Source: Selaginella moellendorffii
Taxonomy: Eukaryota; Plantae; Lycopodiophyta
Assembly (NCBI RefSeq): GCF_000143415.4
Contig: NW_003314395.1
Location: 62,001-126,000, forward strand
Length of the DNA stretch: 64,000 nucleotides
Reading direction: 5' to 3'
Shown: in pieces, positions 34,846-46,800 of the stretch
How positions within the stretch are numbered: position 1 is the first letter of the stretch
Layout of the letters: each line of letters begins with the position of its first letter
Notes under the pieces: model-generated
Told to the model about the DNA's origin: nothing
Database searches by the model: none
Seen by the model: the letters and a program-made list of their open reading frames with translations, nothing else
Made by a program: the position numbers and the translations under genes

Positions 34846-35899
34846 ATCGCAAAGGGCTGGGACTTTCTCCACTGATGAGCATCACTTGTGATGGCCACAG
34901 TGCCAATGGGAGTGTTGAGAGCAGCCCTATGCCATGTGACTAGTCCACGTGGAGAGACACAAGTCTTCACTAGTTCACTGTGTATGAGTCCTCACCAGTT
35001 CATCGTGTCATACATATGTACATTTCCATTCCATATATGCTATGATAGATCTTGAGCACCATCACATGGTTTCACCTTTCATTAGAGCACTATCCTTTGG
35101 AGCAGTGGTATAGTTTTGTCATGCCTCACTAGCAGAATACCCATGCCCCAAGCCCCAGCAGCTCAATGGTTTCCAACCTTTCATGCTAGAATGCTTATCA
35201 AAATCTGATTGTGCCTTAGCAGCACACAATTTACATTTCACAACCTATGAGCTGGAAATCCATCTTGACAAGGGACCTCTGCCAAGATCCAGAGATAGAC
35301 AAGGTTGCATAATTGGTCCAGCTCATCAAATGGGCCATTTTGTTTTCATTCACCCGCAACAATTTTACATAACACATCTAGATAATAAGTTGGCTGAAGA
35401 GCATCCTCTAGATGAATGGCTTCCAAATTTGAATAAGGAGGTGTTGGTATTGTTTTTATTGATGATGCTATGAGAGGTTTTTAAGAGTGCAAAACACAAA
35501 TTGTCAATCATTAATAATCTCTTGTATCCATCGTGGGACTGCGGTACAGGTGGATGACTAGTTGCCTCACATAAAATAGCTGGTCTACACAATAGAATAA
35601 TTGGTAGATTCAGTGTGGAAATGAAAGTGTTGGTTCCCCTTGGCTCAATAGGGGTTGTTAAACAATAGTCAATGAACAGTTGTTGTAACTACCTTCATTT
35701 CTGGTTTTTTGAAGCTTGAGGGCAAGGAAAGAAAGGTAGTAGAAAGAAGGGTTGGACTTTCTATTTTTCAGTTTCTTATGAAGGTAAGGTAATGAAGCTA
35801 TATAGTGATCAATCTATATAAATCTATGGAGGAACTAGAACTTACTAAACTATCCACTGAGAACCAATCTAATGAGCTAATGAATGGCTGAATTTGAGA

Positions 35900-37700
35900 A
35901 CTACAGATCCATTTTATAGACCTGGCAAAGGGAACATACCTCAGTTTCGGTTTGTGCCAATGCCCCAAGGTGCCAAAGCTCTCAATATTAGACACAAGAT
36001 GGGCCTTATCAAGAATTGACTATGGCAGCATGCACAACTAACATTCCCTCCATTGAGTTTGGATTTTATGCTTTCTAAAACAAGTAATATATGGTTGAGT
36101 AATTCTTGTAGCTTGCATACTAAGAGCAAATCCTTTATAGACTTTAATTAAAGAGACAAACTTCTGAATTGATTGGAATTACAAACAAGTGATCACCCTT
36201 TTAATCAGTTAACTTAAGGTGTAAGGGATAGGATCTTAATAGATTCCATTCCCTACATCTTGACCAAAAAATCTGTCAGCACTCTCCTACTCCACCTCAT
36301 GAAGTAGTGGTAGTCAAGAAAAAGTTCCATTAGCTAACATGTAGAGCTCTTTACATTTCATCAAGTTCAGCTTCTACACATGAAACTATAGACTCAATTG
36401 GCTATATAACCATAGCAATAACAACATAAGGAAATAAGATATATACCACCAACTTATGGAGGAGATTACTCCATTGACAATCTCTAAACACTTGGCATGC
36501 AAAAGGTGCTATTATTGTTGTCATGATTATTGCAAAGAATTAATGACTGATTAATGCAATTGGTAATAGGTGTACTTTTACATCCTTTACCAATTGAAAA
36601 TGTTACCTTCACTTGTTTATTCTGATCTTCATAAAACTTACTAGTATCAACAACTATTACACACCATTTTATAGTGCTCCTCTATAAGGTGAATGTCTTG
36701 AATGAAATAATGGATAGAGAGGTCATAAAGGTCATCAACTAGATTCTAGGCTACCAGATTCAAGTCAATAACAACATCCACTGAATGGAGCAATTCTAGC
36801 TAAGTTAGAGCCAAGTTAATGTTGTAGGACATCCTTCTATAGCAAAACTTCTCTCCTAGCCTTTTGTTTGTCATCATCTCTCTCTCTGCTCCACAATAGC
36901 ATGAACTATCTCAAGTAAAATTACCTTATTACAACTTTATGACTACATAACAAAGCATAAGCTAAAGACTTCATATACCTAGCATCAACAGAAAATGCAT
37001 CCACAACTTGAGAGGATTTGGTCCAACACCCACGATGACAAAATAATAGGCAGAGGTCACCATCTCTCTCTTCCACATGATTTAAAAGTATCGATTCGGG
37101 AGTATAGTGCAAATGAACATTACTCAATAGCTATCCTAGGACCACCAAGTTTTCATTTGCTTTAGTTTAATAAACTTGGTTTTTCACAGAGGACAATAGC
37201 ACTAAAACTAAGGTACATTTTAAAATTCTACATTAGAAGGCTGAGAATGGACTTTATACCCACTCCTCAAGAACCTGGTACTTTAGCATTTGCTATAGTT
37301 ATTTACACCATAGAAAACAGTGACAAAAAGTCACCATCTTCACCACTCATTCCACACCAATGTAAATAAATGGCTTGCAATCACCATATAGTATTAGAAT
37401 GCTAACAGTATAGACTCCACCAAGTAAGTTCTCGCCCATAGAATCCCAACCAATTCACATCACAAAAGACAATGAATAGAATTTTATATGAGGGAATTAA
37501 AAGACATGAGCTCACATTTTAGAATTTGGTAATTTAAAAAATTAGCCTAAATATGTTAAACTCCTTTTAATAGTAGCACCTTCACATAAATGAATAAGCA
37601 AAGGGATGGAGAAATCAAAGTGCCTACATCCCCCCACTTCCTTAATTATTTGTCCACAGACACCATCCACCACTAGGGATCTAACATTGACAAACACATA
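35900..37700 (+). mobile_element. Highly decayed Gypsy-like gag/protease remnant
   Basis: Scattered gag- and protease-like peptide fragments ('VRDRIL', 'LILGLP'); many stops. Confidence 0.35.
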
Positions 37701-39334
37701 GCTTGGGATGGGATTTTAACTCTTTCAATACTCTTTGATCATCATCTACAACTAGCTGGTATCACACACCCTACACTTAAATAATTATTCACCATATTTT
37801 CCTTGCTATTTCCAATCACTCACTACTTTACTCTCCACCCATGCTACCATCACCTACTCTAATAAAAATAGTTAGCACACCCAAAACTCAAGTCTTCCAA
37901 TTGCAAGACTTGGCCCTCCTTTAGGTGGTAATGATTGTTGTCATAGTTGAATAAGCTAAACACCAGCATTCAAAGAGATCACCCACTAAGATCCCTAACA
38001 TGACACCCACCACCATCGTAATGAACACTACCTAGGTGGAAGCAACTCCAAGACTTGGTTAATAAACACTTCACTACTATACTAGTGTTGGTGATTGAGG
38101 ACACCACTAATTCATGTTAGCATTACCTCCTTCTATCATCAGAACCACTTGGATCATCATCCCAAGGCATGAACTAATCTTCACTCATCATGATTGACAA
38201 CCTAGCCTTCAAGCAAAACACCTAGTTTGGAAAGAAGTTAAGAAATAAATTCAGTATCATGATGTACCATTTGACATCAATAGATTTGTGTATGACTTCC
38301 ACAATGAGGAAGATTTTAGATAGGTTCTAGGAATTACTATCTAGTTCATAAAATGAAGACATCACATAGTGGACTTCAAAGGCCATAAAAAACCTACTTT
38401 GCAAGGTAGAAATTGTTGCTCATATTGACAAAGTTGTTAACACAATTATTTGTAAAGTACTAATGACATATTACATCCCATTAATGGTTTACTTCACATA
38501 TAACAAAATATCCCATCCTCTCTATCTCAACATACCGCTTGGTTTCTTTCAACTATCTTGCAAAATTATAAGAGAGTGAAGACTTTAGGATAATTTAGAT
38601 AAACATGCTTCACTTCTTCTTGCAATTCCAAGTGCATAACAAATGAACTAAATAATGGCACATACTAAACTTGACAGGTTTGCTACAGTAAAAATTCCCA
38701 ACACAACACAACCCTAGTGCTACAACACATGTTAGGACTACATGAGATCAAGGAACAATAAACTCAATTACAAAAGAACTACACTCAATTTCAAGAATAG
38801 AGTAAATATATGAAACTTAGAAATGAAGAACTTGACAACTTAAAGTGCAAGCAAAAATATCAGTCATGGATAGATATCCTTACCTCATCCACACTTACCA
38901 CATCATCTTCAAGTTGTCTAGTTTAACTTCATGACCACTTCACTCCAAAAGGCAAGTTATTATAAAAACTAGGTCATATAAGAGTGAAAGTATAACTTTA
39001 GAAGAAACTTTACCTCAAACTTCCAAGTAACAAAGGACCAATATGTTTGTTTATGGAGAGTGGGAGAGAGATAAGAGAGAGAATAGATAATTAGTGAGAG
39101 AATATAAATTCTATAGACCCTAATACAACTAGCCCTCAACTACTTCACTCTTTAATATATGGCAACATAACTAGGGTAGCTAGTCTTCAAGCTTTCCACT
39201 TACTCCTGAGTATTTTAATTTGCTTACAACCTAATAAAGAATTGGCAATTTTCTCAAGCTAATGAAATAATAACCCATAAACTTATAAGAGTTTCTTTAC
39301 TACAACAATATATCCACTTGAACAATTGTATATG

Positions 39335-39875
39335 TGTAGTGTGTGTGGTTTTTGACCTTTATCCTATGGTGATTTACCATAGGATAACACCACAAAGTGG
39401 AACCTAAACCTTCTTTATGCCACATAACACATGCCATGTATTATATGCCACGTGTCCAAAGAACAATAGTGTGGAACCCAAGGTTCAGGGCCTTGGGCCA
39501 CTAAATGAAGGAACGGTGCCAAACTCCCAAGCATGGAGCTAAATAACAATGAAACCGGACCACAGAGCAACTCCCAAGTATATAACTTAAGGAGCAAAGG
39601 GACAGGAGCCCAGAGTGACTTGGAACAGTCCTAGAGCAACTAACATCCCTTTATTAGGACTAACACGCAAAATGAAGCCAAATGGAGTCTGGCATTATTT
39701 CGGCATACCAGTGGCCTAACGCAATGATATGGGTACTCCACCAGCTAGTATGGAATGGAACTTGGGCTTAGACCCAAGTTGGACACAGAACAAGGATAGG
39801 CACGCAAGTGGGAGGTAGACTATGCCTCAGGTTAGTCAGCCATACCCGACCTACCCACTATCCCTACTATACATT
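39335..39875 (-). mobile_element. LTR (putative 3' LTR), related to 54126-54490
   Basis: Starts TGTAG and shares 'gtggtttt(t)gacc..ttatcctatggtgatttaccataggataa...ggaacctaaac'. The C-run at about 39890-39901 may be a PPT (reverse complement). Right end uncertain. Confidence 0.6.
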
Positions 39876-41896
39876 TGGAACCTCCTAAAGCCCCCCCCCC
39901 CTCTGAGGAACATATGCTTTAGGCTTTCACCCCAAGCCTCCCTTAGTATCAAGAGTTAGTCTCCAGGACAAACTCGAAACTTAGTAATTATGAAATGGCA
40001 CTAGATTGTGAATTTGGACATAGGACAAACACCATTGTGTTCAAGACAATCTCTACATTCCATAGATATGCTAAATGAGCAAATCTAGACACTTTCCATA
40101 AATAGCATATGGGATAGAAATAAGACTAACACAAAGGGCATGATAGTGAGGGTGTTTGGCAAACATGGTAAGTTATCATGTAGCGATATTGAGGGACTAG
40201 TCTCAATACGCAAGAGTTCTTGTCAAGCCAGTGCAAGACAAAGCAAAAGAGAACTAACAAGCTGGGCCAAGTATGCTTGGTTAAATAGACACTCAGGAAT
40301 TCCTTCCTTATGCTCGTCCAGTTAAGTACAAATGCAAAGTCCAGTTTACTAACACTTGAACAAGAGGGGCTAATAAATGGAACTAGCAATACCGACCTCC
40401 TGCCATCGTGGTAGTAAGGAAAGAGTGTCCATAAGGACTGGTCAATAAATAACTTTCGATACCCAAAGTCACATTTGCGACAATATGGTCTTATCCAAGA
40501 TGCTCCACTTAAATAGTTTAGTTGTATTCTTCAAGCTTTCTTAGGCATCAAAAAAGTCTCACAAACTCTCACACTTGGCCACAAATAAGCTAAAATGCCA
40601 AGAGCAAATCTCAAATATTGATAATAAAGTATATTTGTGATGGTGGCATAAATATCTACACTATAGTAGTATCTATCAAGCTTTGAACTCTTATAACAAA
40701 GGCTAAAAGTCAAAAGACCTAAAAAACAAATTGCTAGAATCTTGCTAGAACTGGCTAAATGCTATTACTTATGCAAATGCCCACAATGTCATATTACAAA
40801 AAAATACCCCATCTAAAAAAAAGCCTCTAAGTAGAGTAGTAGCATGCCAAGGTCTAGATGAGTTGTTCCATGAAAATCCAAAGTCCTAGAGTAAGCACAA
40901 TTCTCAATAAATACCCTAGATAAGTAATTGCTAAAATAGAGGGAAAAATTTCTTTATCTCTCATCTTCCAAGCTTTTAATAGTCTCCAGATGGAAAAGTG
41001 GCTTATGAGAGATAGGATGAGCAAGTTGAAGTCACATAATTATATGGAAGAGCAAATCTTCTAGACATGCTACTATTTTGGCAAATATTAGCAATGATTC
41101 CCTACATCTAGTAGAGATGATTCCAAATCACTTATAAAGCACAACTTGCCAAGAGATAAGGAGCATCAAGAGCCAAGTCTCTCATCTTCCTCTCAATCAA
41201 GAGTTAATAATTATGAAAGAGAAAATGAAAGATGTCTCCTAACTGTCTTGATAGTAGCAACAAACTCCTAGCACCTAAGGGAAGAAGGGGGCCTCAAAAG
41301 TCAAAGCCCTTAACAATTGTTGCATCAAAGCATCTATTATCACCACACAAATCATGGAGATTTGCCCCCATCCTTGTATGATAAGTACTTTGCCTCTACA
41401 AAAGTGTTAGGAGTGACATTAAGATGGCATCCTAGTGAATGAGGAACATTATGGGCTGGTAAATTGATGTTTGATTTACTTTTTGTAATAAATGCTCAAG
41501 TGGAGCATGTGCCAATGTAGCTCAAAGCATCTTCTTTCCCCCTTTGATGCTTCTTGAAGACTTGATCATTCTCCAGCAAAGAGTTATCCTATGTCAAGGT
41601 GTTAATAACAATTGCCTCACTAGGCATTTACTGTGAGAACCAAATTTCCATTCAGCAAGCACTCTTTTGATTCCTGAATGAGGCTTTTTAGTAATGAACC
41701 CTATCTTTATCTTTGGTGTTGATGAATGAGAAAACAACATGAATATACATATCTTTCATGAATGGGAAGTATCTCTAAATTGTTGTTATCCATGTTATGA
41801 ATTGATTGTTTCTATCCCACATCAAAAATATAAGCCCTGAGAAATGGCTTCACTCAAAATCCTCAACCAACTATTTCTTGAACTTTGAATCCTACG

Positions 41897-44800
41897 CAAC
41901 GGTGCCGCCACTACTACCGTTGGTCCTGGCGGAGGTTTGCCAGCTTGTTAAGGAGGCCATGGGCTGTTGGGGTGGATCTAGCAAAGCGGTGAGAGATCAT
42001 GAATCTTTTTATTCTCCTCCTGCTACTATTTCCTCCTTTATTTCAGTGTGAGGATTTCATATCCCACCATGAGGCGCTCATTAAGCAGCGGTTGGCAATG
42101 GTAGAACAACGATTGCAAGAGTTGTTGAAGCAGTTGCCACCGCTGATACCACCCCTGTAGCAGCAGCAACCACCGCCGCCGCTGCCTCCTCCGTCCCTGC
42201 CCTGCGGCACTCAACGGTGCCGCCACTGCTACCGTTGGTCCTGGCGGAGGTTCACCAGCTTGTTAAGGAGGTCATGGGCTTTTGGGATGGATCTAGCAAA
42301 GCGGTGAAAGATCATGAATCTTTTTATTCTCCTCTTGCTATTGTTTCCTCGTCTATTTCAAAGTCAGGATTTCATATTCCACCGTCAGGCGCTCACTAAG
42401 CAGCGATTGGCAATGGTAGAACAGCGATTGCAAGAGTCCACCCCTGCAGCAGCAGCAGCCACCGCCGCCGCTGCTTCCTCCGTCTCGGCCCTGCAGCACT
42501 CAACGGTGCTGCCATTGCTACCGTTGGTCCTGGCGGAGGTTCACCAGCTTGTTAACGAGGTCATGGGCTTTTGGGGTGGATCTAGCAAAGCGGTGAGAGA
42601 TCATGAATCTTTTTATTCTCCTCCTGCTATTGTTTTGTCCTCTATTTCAGAGTGAGGATTTCATATCCCACCGTCAGGCGCTCACTAAGCAACGATTGGC
42701 AATGGTAGAACAGCGATTGCAAGAGCTGTGAAGCAGTGCCGCCGCTGAAACCACCCTGCAATTGNNNNNNNNNNNNNNNNNNNNNNNNNNNNNNNNNNNN
42801 NNNNNNNNNNNNNNNNNNNNNNNNNNNNNNNNNNNNNNNNNNNNNNNNNNNNNNNNNNNNNNNNAAAACAATAGCAGCAGGACAATAAAAAGATTCATGA
42901 TCTCTCACCGCTTTGCTAGATCCACCCCAAAAGCCCATGACCTCCTTAACAAGCCGGTGAACCTCCGCCAGGACCAACGGTAGCAGTGGCGGCACCGTTG
43001 AGTGTCGCAGGGTCGGGATGGAGGAGGCACCGGCGGCGGTGGCTGCTGCTGCTGCAGGGGTGGTATCAGCGGCGGCAACTGCTTCAACAGCTCTTGCAAT
43101 CGCTTTTCTACCATTGCCATTCATTGGTTAGTGAGCGCTTGATGTTGGGATATGAAATCCTGACTCTGAAATAGAGGACGGAACAGTAGTAGGAAGAGAA
43201 TAAAAAGATTCATGATCTCTCACCGCTTTGCTAGATCCACCCGAACAGCCCATGGCCTCTTTAACAAGCCGGCGAACCTCTGCCAGGACCAGCGGTAGCA
43301 GTGGCGGCACCGTTGAGTGCCGCAGGGCCGGGGACGGAGGAAGCAGCGGTGGCGGTGGCTACTGCTGTTGCAAGGGTGGTATTAGCAGTGGCAACTGCTT
43401 CAACAGCTCTTGCAATCGTTGTTCTACCATTGCCAATCGCTGCTTAGTGAGTGCCTGACGGTGGGATATGAAATCCTCACTCTGAAATAGAGGAGGAAAC
43501 AGTAGCAGGAGCAGAATAAAAGATCATGATCTCTCACCGCTTTGCTAGATCCATCCCAAAAGCGCATGACCTCCTTAACAAGCCGGCGAACCTACGCCAG
43601 GACCAGCGGTAGCAGTGGCGGCACCGTTGAGTGCCGCAGGGCCGGGGACGGAGGAAGCAGCGGCGGCGGTGGCTGCTGCTATTGCAGGGGTGGTATCAGC
43701 GGCGGCAACTGCTTCAACAACTCTTGCAATCGTTGTCCTACCATTGCAAATCGCTGCTTAGTGAGCGCCTGACGGTGGGATATGAAATCCTCACTTTGAA
43801 ATAGAGGAGGAAACAATAGCAGGAGGAGAATAACAAGATCCATGATCTCTCACCGCTTTACTAGATCCACCCCAAAAGCCCATGGCCTCCTTAACAAGCT
43901 GGCGAACCTCCGCCAGGACCAACGGTAGTAGTGGCGGCACCGTTGAGTGCCGCAGGGCCGGGACGGAGGAGGCACCGGTGGCGGTGGCTGCTGCTGCTGC
44001 AGGGGTGGTATCAACGGCGGCAACTGCTTGAACAGCTCGTACAATTGCTGTTCTACCATTGCAATTCGCTGCTTAGTGAGTGCCTGACGGTGGGATATGA
44101 AATCCTCACTCTGAAATAGAGGAGGAAACAGTAGCAGGAGGAGAATAAAAAGATTCATGATCTCTCACCGCTTTGCTAGATCCATCCCAAAAGCGCATGA
44201 CCTCCTTAACAAGCCGGCGAACCTACGCCAGGACCAGCGGTAGCAGTGGCGGCACCGTTGAGTGCCGCAGGGCCGGGGACGGAGGAAGCAGCGGCGGCGG
44301 TGGCTGCTGCTATTGCAGGGGTGGTATCAGCGGCGGCAACTGCTTCAACAACTCTTGCAATCGTTGTCCTACCATTGCAAATCGCTGCTTAGTGAGCGCC
44401 TGACGGTGGGATATGAAATCCTCACTTTGAAATAGAGGAGGAAACAATAGCAGGAGGAGAATAACAAGATCCATGATCTCTCACCGCTTTACTAGATCCA
44501 CCCCAAAAGCCCATGGCCTCCTTAACAAGCTGGCGAACCTCCGCCAGGACCAACGGTAGTAGTGGCGGCACCGTTGAGTGCTGTAGGGCCGCGGACGGAG
44601 GAGGTGGCAGCAGCGGCGACTGCTGCTATTGGAAGGGTGGTTTCAGCAACGGCAACTGCTTGAACAGCTCGTACAATTGCTGTTCTACCATTGCCAATCG
44701 TTGCTTAGTGAGCGCCTAAGGGTGGGATATGAAATCCTCACTCTGAAATAGAGGAGGAAACAATAGCAGAAGGAGAATAAAAAGATTCATGATCTCTCAC

Positions 44801-46800
44801 CGCTTTGCTAGATCCACCCCAAAAGCCCATGGCCTCCTTAACAAGCTGGCGAACCTCCGCCATGACCAACGGTAGCAGTAGCGGCACCGTTGAGTGCCGC
44901 AGGGCTAGGGACGGAGGAGGCAGCGGCAGCGGTGGCTGCTGCTGCTGCAAGGGTGGTATCAGCGGTGGCAACTGCTTCAACAGGTCCTGCAATCGCTGTT
45001 CTACCATTGCAATTCGCTGCTTAGTGAGCGCCTGACGGTGGGATATGAAATCCTCACTCTGAAATAGATGACGAAACAATAGCAGCAGGACAATAAAAAG
45101 ATTCATGATCTCTCACCGCTTTGCTAGATCCACCCCAAAAGCCCATGACCTCCTTAACAAGCCGGTGAACCTCCGCCAGGACCAACGGTAGCAGTGGCGG
45201 CACCGTTGAGTGTCGCAGGGTCGGGATGGAGGAGGCACCGGCGGCGGTGGCTGCTGCTGCTGCAGGGGTGGTATCAGCGGCGGCAACTGCTTCAACAATT
45301 CTTGCAATCGCTGTTCTACCATTGCCAATCATTGCTTAGTGAGTGCCTGACGGTGGGATATGAAATCCTGACTCTGAAATAGAGGACGGAACAGTAGTAG
45401 GAAGAGAATAAAAAGATTCATGATCTCTCACCGCTTTGCTAGATCCACCCGAACAGCCCATGGCCTCCTTAACAAGCCGGCGAACCTCTGCCAGGACCAA
45501 CGGTAGCAGTGGCGGCACCGTTGAGTGCCGCAGGGCCGGGGACGGAGGAAGCAGCGGTGGCGGTGGCTACTGCTGTTGCAAGGGTGGTATTAGCAGTGGC
45601 AACTGCTTCAACAGCTCTTGCAATCGTTGTTCTACCATTGCCAATCGCTGCTTAGTGAGCGCCTGACGGTGGGATATGAAATCCTCTCTTTGAAATAGAG
45701 GAGGAAACAGTAGAAGGAGGAGAATAACAAGATCCATGATCTCTCACCGCTTTGCTAGATCCACCCCAAAAGCCCATGACCTCCTTAACAAGCCGGCGAA
45801 CCTCTGCCAGGACCAGCGGTAGCAGTGGCGGCAGCGGTGGCTACTGCTGTTGCAAGGGTGGTTTCAATGGCGGCAATTGCTTCAACAGCTCTTGCAATCG
45901 CTGTTCTACCATTGCCAATCGTTGCTTAGTGAGCGCCTGACGGTGGGATATGAAATCTTCACTCTGAAATAGAGGAGGAAACAGTAGGAGTAACAGAATA
46001 AAAAGATTCATGATATCTCACCGCTTTGCTAGATCCATCCCAACAGCCCATGGCCTCCTTAACAAGCTGGCGAACCTCTGCCAGGACCAGCGGTAGCAGT
46101 GGCGGCACCATTGAGTGCCACAGGGCTAGGGACGGAGGAGGCAGCGGCGGCGGTGGCTGCTGCTGCTGCAGGGGTGGTATCAGCGGTGGCAACTGCTTCA
46201 ATAGCTCTTGCAATCGCTGTTCTACCATTGCAATTCGCTGCTTAGTGAGTGCCTGATGGTGGGATATGAAATCCTCACTCTGAAATAGAGGAGGAAACAG
46301 TAGCAGGAGGAGAATAAAAAGATTCATGATCTCTCACCGCTTTGCTAGATCCACCCCAACAGCCTAAGCCCTCCTTAACAAGCCGGCGAACCTCCGCCAA
46401 GACCAGGAGTAGCAGTGGCGGCACCGTTGAGTGCCGCAGGGCCGGGGACGGAGGAGGCAACGGCGGCGGTGGCTGCTGCTGCTACAGGGGTGGTATCAGC
46501 GGTGGCAACCTATTTTAGAGTGAGGATTTCATATCCCACCGTCAGGCGTTCACTAAGCAGCAAATTGCAATGGTAGAATAGCGATTGCAGGAGTTGTTGA
46601 AGCAAGGAGGAAACAGTAGTAGGAGGAGAATAAAAAGATTCATGATCTCTCACCGCTTTGCTACATCCACCCCAAAAGCCCATGGCCTCCTTAACAAGCC
46701 GGCGAACCTCCGCCAGGACCAGCAGTAGCAGTGGCGGCACCGTTGAGTGCCACAGGGCCAGGACAGAGGAGGCAGCGGCGGCGGTGGATGCTGCTGCTAC
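41897..46800. repeat. Tandem array of about 15 x 316-bp units (58-nt intron + 258-nt exon); + arm 41897-42764, - arm 42865-46800
   Basis: Marker 'ctctgaaatag' (with variants) recurs at 43164, 43480, 43794, 44109, 44425, 44741, 45057, 45372, 45688, 45962 and 46278. Confidence 0.97.
42765..42864. other. Assembly gap (100 N)
   Basis: Run of N. Confidence 1.

Noticed and set aside
44738-45106. 122-aa array ORFs with an apparent signal peptide (MNLFILLLLLF) as a secreted peptide family
   Set aside because: The hydrophobic leader is the translated polypyrimidine tract of the 58-nt intron; the splice model explains the period and frame better.
43228-46256. Cys/Gly-rich (metallothionein-like) ORFs on the + strand of the array
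   Set aside because: Cys and Gly runs are the antisense of CAG/CCG codons and most listed starts are non-ATG; no independent support, though not formally excluded.
41897-46800. CRISPR-like array
   Set aside because: No unique spacers, whole units are homologous, the context is eukaryotic and there are no cas genes.
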